From Tsukamurella sp. 8F (GTDB taxonomy: Bacteria; Actinomycetota; Actinomycetes; Mycobacteriales; Mycobacteriaceae), in contig NZ_JARFTP010000011.1 of assembly GCF_029167375.1 (NCBI RefSeq), forward strand, positions 41,710-65,709: DNA of 24,000 bases, read 5' to 3'. The notes under the pieces were generated by a model. It worked only from the letters and a program-made list of their open reading frames with translations. It was not told the origin of the DNA and ran no database searches. Position 1 is the stretch's first letter. The number at the start of each line of letters is the position of its first letter. Positions 15,028 through 22,260 of this stretch are shown here, piece by piece. A program made the translations under genes and the position numbers.

Positions 15028-17190
15028 CTAGTGGATGGTGCCGCCTGCGCCTGCGCTTGATCCTGCCTCTGCGGCATGTGAATTCGCCGAGCCCGCCGAA
15101 CCTTCCGCGTTCGACGAACCGCTCGCACCCGCCGCGCCCGCGGCATCGCCGGTCGCGTGCGATGCCGAGCCCACAGCCGAGGACACACCGTCGACGGCGC
15201 CCTTCACCGCCGAACCGACCTCCTTGGTCGCGTTCTGCACCGCTTCTCCGGCGGACTTCGCGGGCGACGTCGCCCTACCGCCACCTGTGTTGCCGGTGGC
15301 TCCATCGCTGGTTCCGCTGCCGCTGCTACTCGTGCCCTGGCCGCCGGAATCGCCGGCGGCGCTCGCCTGTCCGTTGACGGAGGAGATCGAACTGCCGGAC
15401 TCATCGGCGCCTGAGCCTGTGGCGGTAGGCGTGATCGCCTTCGCGGACGTGTGGGCACCCGCCGGGGCGACGGCCGCCGCGGCCGACTGCGAGGCCGTCG
15501 GGAGATTCGCGGTCTGATCCGCGACAGTGCCGCTCGCCGACGCCGCCGTGCCGGCCGCGGTGTCGACCCAGGTGCCGACGTTGTCGTCGAGGTAGTTGGT
15601 GATCGGCCCGCCGACCGCCGACGCGACGGGTGTGTAGACGCTCCCGAGGGCCTGCTCGGCGGTGCCGAAACCGCCGTCCAGACCGAGGATCTGCGCGAGA
15701 TTTGTCGCGGGGGAGGAGGTGACGGTCCCGACACTGACGAGGGAGTTGATGATCGATGCCTGCACGAGACCGTCGTCGGATGTCTGCCCGGGAGCGGTGC
15801 CGATCTGGATAGACGGGATGAGCCCGACGCCGAACAGCGACGGCAACGTGAACCCGAAACCGGTAGTGCCCGCGTTGATCGAGCCCATCGAGTACTCGAC
15901 CGGGATCGTCAGACCTCCCGCAGTGATCGTCGCGACCGATGCGCCGCTATTGGACTGGAAGCCGTTGGTGCCGTAGTACGACGTCTGACCGGTGGTCGCC
16001 GTCAGGAGATTGAAGCCCGCGAGCGGGAGGCCGAAATTCGTGATCGATGTCCCGCCGACGGTGGAGACGCCCGTGGCGGTCGGCAGGACGAGGCCGCTGG
16101 TGCCAATGGTCCCGTACGTGAACAGGTTTGCCGGTGCGGTGATCCCGTAGGCCCACACCGGCAGTGCGACGACGGTGTCGGACGTGGAGAGTGCGACGCC
16201 GGGGATCGGCGTCGTGATCGGGCCGACGTCGAGGACGGGCATCGTGGCGAGCCAACCCAGGGTGCCACCCAGCGGAAGTGTGTAATGACCGGTAGCCGTC
16301 GGGGCCCAGGCAGTGAGCGTCGGCGTCGAGAAATCGAGACCGCTGTCGCCGACCACGTCGGAGACGTCGCCGAGCGCACCACTGATGATTCCGCCGATAC
16401 CTGTGACTGGGACCCCCGCGATGTCGATGTTGTTGAGTTCGTCGGTCAGAGTGTCGCCCAACGCACCGACGAGCCCGCTCGCGCTGATGCTCTGAACCTG
16501 GATGAACAGGTTGTCGATCAGGGACTTACCGCTGATGCCCAGCAGGCCCCAGTCCACCGACTGGGTCAGCTGGCTGTTGGTTGCGACGATGCCGAGGTCG
16601 CCGAGCAGGTCCGCCAGGCCGGGGAGTGCAGGCAGGGAGACCAGACCACCCGTCAGTGTGTCGACGTTGTCGATGACGGCGTTCAGATCGCCGATCGCAT
16701 CGCTTACAGGCGACAGCACGTTCAAGACGTCTGCGACACCGCCCAACGCATCACTCACGGTGTCGAGGTTCCCGGTCAAGCCACCCAGCGTGTCGGTCAC
16801 AGCATTCGCGGGAATTCCAGGGACGGTGCTTATTCCGCTCGGTACATCAAGGATGTTCGCGATCTGGTTCAGGGTGGTGCCGAGACTCTGGATATCCAGC
16901 AGGTCGGCCTCCGTGTACCCCGAACCGAAGGTGGGCAGTACGCCGCCGGTCTGGCTCGCGACGGGATTCCAGAAGCTGTTGAAGGCAGTGCTGACGTTGT
17001 TCGACGCCTGCATCGAGTTGTCCAGCGCGGTGTGCAGGTCTGTGATCACCTGCGTGTAGTCGGGTCCCGCGGCTTGCGCGGTACCGGGCGTCGCGACCCC
17101 GATGGCGGCGGTTGCGGCGATGGCACCCGCCGCTGTGGCTGCCCGTCGGCGAGTGATCTGCATGGAGGCGCGCTTGTGGGTACCACTCAT
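15028..17190 (-). CDS. Large exported acidic Gly/Thr/Leu/Asp-rich protein of unknown function (720 aa)
   Basis: ATG at 17190 with AAGGAG 6 nt upstream. Signal MSGTHKRASMQITRRRAATAAGAIAATAAIGVATPGTAQA|AG has a twin-Arg-like TRRRA. The C-terminal ~150 aa are Ser/Gly/Ala low complexity. Confidence 0.8.
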   Translation of the reverse strand: MSGTHKRASMQITRRRAATAAGAIAATAAIGVATPGTAQAAGPDYTQVITDLHTALDNSMQASNNVSTAFNSFWNPVASQTGGVLPTFGSGYTEADLLDIQSLGTTLNQIANILDVPSGISTVPGIPANAVTDTLGGLTGNLDTVSDALGGVADVLNVLSPVSDAIGDLNAVIDNVDTLTGGLVSLPALPGLADLLGDLGIVATNSQLTQSVDWGLLGISGKSLIDNLFIQVQSISASGLVGALGDTLTDELNNIDIAGVPVTGIGGIISGALGDVSDVVGDSGLDFSTPTLTAWAPTATGHYTLPLGGTLGWLATMPVLDVGPITTPIPGVALSTSDTVVALPVWAYGITAPANLFTYGTIGTSGLVLPTATGVSTVGGTSITNFGLPLAGFNLLTATTGQTSYYGTNGFQSNSGASVATITAGGLTIPVEYSMGSINAGTTGFGFTLPSLFGVGLIPSIQIGTAPGQTSDDGLVQASIINSLVSVGTVTSSPATNLAQILGLDGGFGTAEQALGSVYTPVASAVGGPITNYLDDNVGTWVDTAAGTAASASGTVADQTANLPTASQSAAAAVAPAGAHTSAKAITPTATGSGADESGSSISSVNGQASAAGDSGGQGTSSSGSGTSDGATGNTGGGRATSPAKSAGEAVQNATKEVGSAVKGAVDGVSSAVGSASHATGDAAGAAGASGSSNAEGSAGSANSHAAEAGSSAGAGGTIH

Positions 17191-17219
17191 GACCTGCTCC
17201 TTAAGCGATGGAGGTCCCT

Positions 17220-17237
17220 GCGGCGCAGAAGCGCCGC
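17220..17237 (-). promoter_or_regulatory. 7-bp GC hairpin in the 5' leader of the large exported-protein gene
   Basis: GCGGCGC-agaa-GCGCCGC, 30 nt upstream of the start codon and 18 nt from the RBS. Confidence 0.35.
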
Positions 17238-17432
17238 TTGAAACTCTGAGCGTATGCCGATCCCGTGCGTTCTGTTGAAGAATCAATGTGTTTGCATGAT
17301 CGGAAATCCGTTGTGCCGGTACGTGTCTAGGCGAACATCAATGAACTGAGGGGAACGAAGTCTTCTGCAAGGCAGTGATGTGAAAGCTGTCGGGCACCGT
17401 CGGTAGGCTTCGATGCGCATCGGAACGGAGGG

Positions 17433-18242
17433 ATGATGGCTCTTCAGGACCTGACGGAGTGGCCCGTCGACAACGCCGCGGGCGCACTGCTCGATCTCGC
17501 GGCCGACACCGTCGAGACGGTCGGAGACGTCGACCGCGTCTACGAGCTCGCCTCCGTGACAAAGCTTCTCGTGGCGTACGGCGTGCTCGTGGCCGTCGAG
17601 GAGGAGGCGATCGCGCTCGATCAGCATGCCGGGCCGCCGGGGGCTACCGTCCGCCATCTGCTGGCACACGCGTCCGGGCTGGCCTTCGACAGCGACCACG
17701 TGGAGGCGCCTCCCGGTTCGCAGCGTATCTACAGCTCCCGGGGCTATGAGCTGCTTGCGGAGCTCGTCGCCGCCGAGACGTCGATCCCGTTCCCGGACTA
17801 CCTGCGCGAGGCCGTCTTCGAACCGCTGGCCATGCGGGGCACCGAGCTCGCCGGGCCGGCCGGGCACGGTGCGCGCTCCACGGTGCGCGACCTGGTCGCC
17901 TTCGCGCGCGAGGTGGCTGCGCCGCGCCTGCTCGCCTCATCCACCGTCGACGGGGCTTGCGAGGTCGAGTTCCCGGGTATCCCCGGGTTCGTCCCGGGCT
18001 ACGGAAAGTTCAGAGACAACACATGGGGGCTCGGTTTCGAGGTCAAGGGGAGCAAGCGGCCGCACTGGACGGCGGTCGCCAACTCGCCCGGCACCGTCGG
18101 GCACTTCGGGCAGGCGGGAACGTTCCTGTGGATGGATCCGGGGCTGTCCATGAGCGCCGTCGTGTTGACCGATAGGCCGTTCGGAGCATGGGCCAAGCCG
18201 CTGTGGAGCGACTTCAACGGCGGCCTCATCCAAGGCCGCTGA
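17433..18242 (+). CDS. Serine hydrolase, beta-lactamase/transpeptidase-like family
   Basis: S-x-x-K motif in YELASVTKLL. YSSRGY and HFGQAGT blocks. GGAGGG abuts the tandem ATGs, so the exact start is uncertain. Confidence 0.75.
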   Translation: MMALQDLTEWPVDNAAGALLDLAADTVETVGDVDRVYELASVTKLLVAYGVLVAVEEEAIALDQHAGPPGATVRHLLAHASGLAFDSDHVEAPPGSQRIYSSRGYELLAELVAAETSIPFPDYLREAVFEPLAMRGTELAGPAGHGARSTVRDLVAFAREVAAPRLLASSTVDGACEVEFPGIPGFVPGYGKFRDNTWGLGFEVKGSKRPHWTAVANSPGTVGHFGQAGTFLWMDPGLSMSAVVLTDRPFGAWAKPLWSDFNGGLIQGR

Positions 18243-18421
18243 CCCGGGCCGATCTCGAACCGATTGGGGACACGGCGACGCACAACTAGCGCAACACGCG
18301 CACCATGGTGCACAATGGCTTCATAACTACATAGATGTGATAAGGCCGTTGCAGGTCATCGCTGGTTTCGAAGAGGCGCTTGGGGAAGACGTCCTCGTCG
18401 AAACAGAGAAGGTGGCAACTC

Positions 18422-18937
18422 ATGCAACAGCTGAGTCAGTTCGCAGAGGTGACGACGGGAGTCGTCTGGATCCACGCGTCACCTTCTGCACTGTGCCCGC
18501 ACGTTGAGTGGGCACTGTCGACGACCCTTGACGCCCGAGCGAACCTGAAGTGGACGGCGCAAGAGGCCGTCACCGGCATGCAGCGTGCCGTAGTCGATTG
18601 GGTTGGTCCGGTCGGTTCCGGCGCACGCATGGCGAACACACTGCGCGAGTGGACCTCGCTGCGGTTCGAGGTCACCGAGGACCCCTCTGAGGGGGTCGAC
18701 GGTGAGCGGTTCTGTTACGCCCCCGGTCTGGGGCTGTGGCGGGGCTCGATGTCGGCGTCCGGAGACACCGTGATCGGCGAGACGCAGCTGCGGGCGCTCA
18801 TGCAGGAGTACGGCGGCGAGGGGCTGCAGTCGGCCCTCGACTCGGTACTCGGCACCGCCTGGGACGAGGCGCTGGAACCCTTCCGGCGCGGTGGCCAGGG
18901 CGCCGAGGTGACCTGGCTGTCGCAGGCGGTGGGCTGA
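18422..18937 (+). CDS. DUF3145-family protein
   Basis: TTGVVWIHASPSALCPHVEWALS is typical of the family N-terminus. ATG at 18422 with GAGAAGG upstream. Confidence 0.7.
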   Translation: MQQLSQFAEVTTGVVWIHASPSALCPHVEWALSTTLDARANLKWTAQEAVTGMQRAVVDWVGPVGSGARMANTLREWTSLRFEVTEDPSEGVDGERFCYAPGLGLWRGSMSASGDTVIGETQLRALMQEYGGEGLQSALDSVLGTAWDEALEPFRRGGQGAEVTWLSQAVG

Positions 18938-18963
18938 CACCGACCGCGGCGCGGCGAGGACGT

Positions 18964-19011
18964 ACGGCGAAGGGGCCGTCCCGGATACACCCGGGACGGC
19001 CCCTTCGCCGT
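18964..19011. terminator. Perfect 21-bp stem / 6-nt loop hairpin between convergent genes
   Basis: ACGGCGAAGGGGCCGTCCCGG-atacac-CCGGGACGGCCCCTTCGCCGT, 27 nt after the DUF3145 stop. Confidence 0.7.
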
Positions 19012-19029
19012 ATCCGCCTAGCGGGGGAA

Positions 19030-19064
19030 GTGCGCGGGCCGCGGGCTAGGGGCGACCCGCGCAC
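19030..19064 (-). terminator. 9-bp stem hairpin directly after the stop of the small exported ORF
   Basis: GTGCGCGGG-n17-CCCGCGCAC. The minus-strand stop codon is at 19066-19068. Confidence 0.4.
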
Positions 19065-19065
19065 G

Positions 19066-19329
19066 TCAGGGGCCCCAGACGGTGCGTCCCGCAGCATCAG
19101 TGCGCGAGGCGGGCTCGTCGTCCGTGGACATGCGGTGGGTTGCTACGGCATGGGCGGTGCCGCGCGTCCCCGTGCGGCTGCTCGAGGTCGTGATAGCGAA
19201 CGTCGGTGTAGCGCTCTGGGGCTCGTCGTCCCGTGCGGCCGCCGTGTTGCTGACGATGACCGTCGCGAGAGGTACCACCGCGGCCGTGGCGATCGCGCTC
19301 GCGACGAAGGACGTCCAGTCGAGCTTCAC
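19066..19329 (-). CDS. Small exported or membrane-anchored Thr/Ser-rich protein (87 aa)
   Basis: GTG at 19329 with GGAAGGGG 7 nt upstream. About 85% G/C at third positions by hand count. The hydrophobic segment WTSFVASAIATAAVVPLATVIVS ends in AAA. Confidence 0.55.
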   Translation of the reverse strand: MKLDWTSFVASAIATAAVVPLATVIVSNTAAARDDEPQSATPTFAITTSSSRTGTRGTAHAVATHRMSTDDEPASRTDAAGRTVWGP

Positions 19330-19430
19330 TACGGAGCCCCTTCCCGTCGGTTTCGTCACGGACGAGTCTGCGGGTGCGGGGGAGAGACGGCACGAGTAGA
19401 CGGCTACTCGACTCGCGAGTTGATGCGGAT

Positions 19431-19467
19431 AAATGAAACCGCCCCCGGAGTGTTCTCCGAGGGCGGT
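19431..19467 (-). terminator. Canonical intrinsic terminator of kasA
   Basis: Minus strand reads ACCGCCCTCGGAG-aaca-CTCCGGGGGCGGT followed by TTTCATTTAT. The 13-bp stem has one G.U pair. The same position is a C/A mismatch on the plus strand, so the terminator is strand-specific. Confidence 0.8.
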
Positions 19468-19492
19468 CTCTTCGAGGGCTTCGAACCGACGG

Positions 19493-20803
19493 TCAGTAGC
19501 GACCGAACGCGAGGGCCACGTTGTGGCCGCCGAAGCCGAACGAGTTGTTCAGCGCGTACTGGATGTCGGCCTTGCGCGGTTCCCCGTGCACGACGTCGAG
19601 GTCGATCTCCGGATCCTGGTTCTCCAGGTTCAGAGTCGGCGGGATGACGCCGTCGCGGACGGCCAGCACTGTCAGCGCGGCCTCGAGCGCACCCACGGCA
19701 CCGATCGAGTGACCCAGCGCGCCCTTGGGCGCGTAGATCGCTGCGTCGGTCCCGACCACCGCATTGATGGCCTTGGCCTCGGCGACGTCGCCGATCGGCG
19801 TCGCGGTGGCGTGGGCGTTGATGAGGTCGATGTCCTTGGCGGTGAGCCCGGCGAGCTGAACGGCACGATTCATCGCGCGCGCCGCTCCCCGACCCTCGAC
19901 GTCGGTCTGGACCATATGGAACGCGTCCGACGTGATGCCGGCGCCCAGCAGCCGGGCCAGCGGCTTGGCGCCGCGTGCCAGGGCGTGCTCCTCGGTCTCG
20001 ATGATCATCAGGGCCTCGGCCTCGCCGAAGACGAAACCGTCTCGGTCCTTGTCGAACGGACGCGAGGCGGCCTGGGGATCGTCGTTGCGCGTCGACAGCG
20101 CTCGCATCATGGCGAACGGTGCGATGACCGGGCTGTCGATCCGGCCCTCGATGCCGCCGCACACCGCGATATCGGCGTCGCCGAGCACGATCTGCCGCCA
20201 CGCGTGGGCGATCGCCTCGTTGCCGGTCGAGCACGCGGAGACGGGAGCGATGGCTCCGCCGCGGGCACCGATCTCCAGGGCTGCGACGGCGGCCGGGCCG
20301 TTCGGCATGGACATCTGGACCGCGAACGGCGACACCTTACGGACCCCGTGGTCGCGCAACGCGTCGACGGCCTGGACCATCGTCTCGCCACCGCCGAGTC
20401 CGGTGCCGACGACCGCCGCGAGGCGGGTCGCGTCCACGTCGGGCCGACCGGCCTTGTCCCAGATCCGCTTCGTCATCACGTGCGAGACCTGCTCGACGTA
20501 GGACATACGGCGCTTGGATACGTGCTGCTTGGCGATGTCCCCCGCGTACTGACGGTCGGGGCGTTCGGGAACCTCGCTCGAAGGATCCTCCAGCAGCTGT
20601 CCGCCGAAGCGGACCGGCAGATCGGGGATGTCGACGCCGATGAACTCACCTTCGAGCGGCCGGATGCCGCTCTTGCCGGCGAGCAGGGCCTCCCAGGTGG
20701 AGTCGGTGTCGACACCGATCGACGTGGTGAGTTCGACCGCGGTAACGACGACGCTGGGGAATTGCCCGCCGAGCGTCGAGAAGTTCCTCAGGTCTGCCAC
20801 CAT
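19493..20803 (-). CDS. kasA: Beta-ketoacyl-ACP synthase of FAS-II (KasA-type)
   Basis: [13 protein letters not shown]-terminus. Active-site Cys in [19 protein letters not shown]. His residues in [11 protein letters not shown] and [10 protein letters not shown]-terminus [17 protein letters not shown]. Near-collinear with Mtb KasA. Confidence 0.9.
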   Translation of the reverse strand: MVADLRNFSTLGGQFPSVVVTAVELTTSIGVDTDSTWEALLAGKSGIRPLEGEFIGVDIPDLPVRFGGQLLEDPSSEVPERPDRQYAGDIAKQHVSKRRMSYVEQVSHVMTKRIWDKAGRPDVDATRLAAVVGTGLGGGETMVQAVDALRDHGVRKVSPFAVQMSMPNGPAAVAALEIGARGGAIAPVSACSTGNEAIAHAWRQIVLGDADIAVCGGIEGRIDSPVIAPFAMMRALSTRNDDPQAASRPFDKDRDGFVFGEAEALMIIETEEHALARGAKPLARLLGAGITSDAFHMVQTDVEGRGAARAMNRAVQLAGLTAKDIDLINAHATATPIGDVAEAKAINAVVGTDAAIYAPKGALGHSIGAVGALEAALTVLAVRDGVIPPTLNLENQDPEIDLDVVHGEPRKADIQYALNNSFGFGGHNVALAFGRY

Positions 20804-20806
20804 GGT

Positions 20807-21112
20807 CTACTTGCCCTTCTCGGCCTCGTACTTGGCCTTGAGCTCGGCGGCGACCTCGGAGTTCTCCGCCTCGAGCTTCTGGATGTAAGCGACGGCGTCG
20901 CCGACGGTCTTCAGGCCCGCGAGGTCCTCGTCCGGCACCTTGACGCCGTACTTGTCCTCGAGCTGCACAGCGATCTCGACCATGGAGAGCGAGTCGATGT
21001 CGAGGTCGTCGATGAACGCCTTGTCGGGGGTCACCTCGGAGGGCTCGATACCGGTGACCTCTTCGATGATCTCGGCGATGGCGGCGACGATCTCTTCCTG
21101 GCTGGTTGCCAC
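20807..21112 (-). CDS. acpM: Meromycolate-extension acyl carrier protein (101 aa)
   Basis: GTG start with GAGAAGGGAA upstream. (V)ATSQEEIVAAIAEIIEEVTGIEPSEVTPDKAFIDDLDIDSLSMVEIAV contains the phosphopantetheine Ser. C-terminal extension resembles AcpM. Confidence 0.9.
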   Translation of the reverse strand: MATSQEEIVAAIAEIIEEVTGIEPSEVTPDKAFIDDLDIDSLSMVEIAVQLEDKYGVKVPDEDLAGLKTVGDAVAYIQKLEAENSEVAAELKAKYEAEKGK

Positions 21113-21175
21113 TGCTGTGGTTCCCTTCTCATTGGTTTGCCCGCGACTCGCTTGAGGCCCGGGAGTCTTGCGTGT

Positions 21176-21200
21176 CCCGGCCGACGGTGTATCGGCCGGG
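21176..21200 (-). other. Intercistronic 9-bp GC hairpin between fabD and acpM
   Basis: CCCGGCCGA-n7-TCGGCCGGG, within the 103-nt fabD-acpM spacer. Confidence 0.4.
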
Positions 21201-21215
21201 TCGAGCGGTTCTGGT

Positions 21216-22130
21216 CTAGTTGGCCGGGACGGCCATGAGCTCGGCGATGTCACCGGGCTGCTTGATCGCGGTCTGCGGGACGCCCTTGAGCTCGCGCTTC
21301 GCGATGCCCACGAGGGTGCCGGCCGGCGGCAGCTCGACGATCATCGACACGCCGGACTCGCGCATCGTATCGGTGCACAGGTCCCAGCGGACAGGCCGGG
21401 TGACCTGGTCGACGATCTGCTTCAGTGCGGCCTCGCCCGTCGAGACGGGCAGACCGTCGCGGTTCGACAGCAGCGTGAGTTGCGGGTCGCGCGGGGTGAT
21501 CGACGCGGCTGCTGCCGCGACGGCCTCCCGAGCGGGGTCCATGAACTCGGTGTGGAACGCACCGGCCACGGCGAGCGGGCGCAGGCGCGCCTTCTCGGGC
21601 GCGTTGTCGGCGAGCTTCGCGAGGTTCTCGACGGCGCCGGCGGCGACGATCTGGCCCTTGGCGTTGCGGTTCGCGGGAACCAGATCGAAGGACTCGAGCG
21701 TGGCGAGCACATCGGCCTCGTCGCCGCCGAGGACGGCGGTCATCGAGGTCGGGACCAGGCGGCAGGCCTCGGCCATGGCGCGGCCGCGGATCGCGGCGAG
21801 GCGCACGGCGTCATCGGCGGAGATGACTCCCGCGACGGCGGCTGCGGCCAGCTCGCCGACGGAGTGGCCCGCGACCACGGTGTCCGAGGGATGCGACGCG
21901 GTGTCGCCCATCGCCTCGAAGGCGAGCAGCGCAGCAGCGACGACCAGGGGCTGGGTGACGGCCGTGTCGGTGATCTCGTCGGCCTCGGCGGTCGTGCCGA
22001 GACGCACGAGGTCGAGGTCCGCGATGTCCGACCAGGCGCGCAGACGCTCGGCGGCCGCCGGCTGATCCAGCCACGCGGTCAGCATGCCGGGCTTCTGGGA
22101 TCCCTGTCCGGGAGCAAGCAATGCAATCAC
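21216..22130 (-). CDS. fabD: Malonyl-CoA:ACP transacylase
   Basis: LAPGQGSQKPGM, active-site GHSVGE and AFHTEFM. GTG start. Confidence 0.9.
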   Translation of the reverse strand: MIALLAPGQGSQKPGMLTAWLDQPAAAERLRAWSDIADLDLVRLGTTAEADEITDTAVTQPLVVAAALLAFEAMGDTASHPSDTVVAGHSVGELAAAAVAGVISADDAVRLAAIRGRAMAEACRLVPTSMTAVLGGDEADVLATLESFDLVPANRNAKGQIVAAGAVENLAKLADNAPEKARLRPLAVAGAFHTEFMDPAREAVAAAAASITPRDPQLTLLSNRDGLPVSTGEAALKQIVDQVTRPVRWDLCTDTMRESGVSMIVELPPAGTLVGIAKRELKGVPQTAIKQPGDIAELMAVPAN

Positions 22131-22196
22131 GACTACAAGGAAACACGCTTCCGGCGGATGGCGGTGGTGTCGCAGGCTGAGAACCTTGCAACGGCA

Positions 22197-22217
22197 TTTT
22201 GTGGGGTTCCCACAAAA
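22197..22217. promoter_or_regulatory. Perfect 9-bp inverted repeat TTTTGTGGG-gtt-CCCACAAAA upstream of fabD (candidate MabR/FasR operator)
   Basis: Lies 67-87 nt upstream of the fabD start and 44 nt downstream of the mabR stop, in an AT-enriched spacer. Confidence 0.55.
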
Positions 22218-22260
22218 CCGCCCCGGTTCGTGTCCGTGCCTTTACCGTACTGCAATCTGC

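Noticed and set aside
15500-16900. Regular 11-residue (apolipoprotein/LEA-like) periodicity in the exported protein
   Set aside because: When I laid the sequence out in rows, the D-x-L-G-G-type motifs were spaced irregularly (13-17 residues). I therefore report only degenerate repeats.
15451-17241. 596-aa plus-strand ORF antisense to the large exported-protein gene
   Set aside because: It is Arg/Asp/Gly-rich with no motifs. The minus-strand frame has a strong RBS, a signal peptide and coherent composition.
17283-17867. 194-aa minus-strand ORF overlapping the serine hydrolase start
   Set aside because: It is antisense to a motif-supported gene (SVTK), has no RBS, and begins in the AT-rich spacer.
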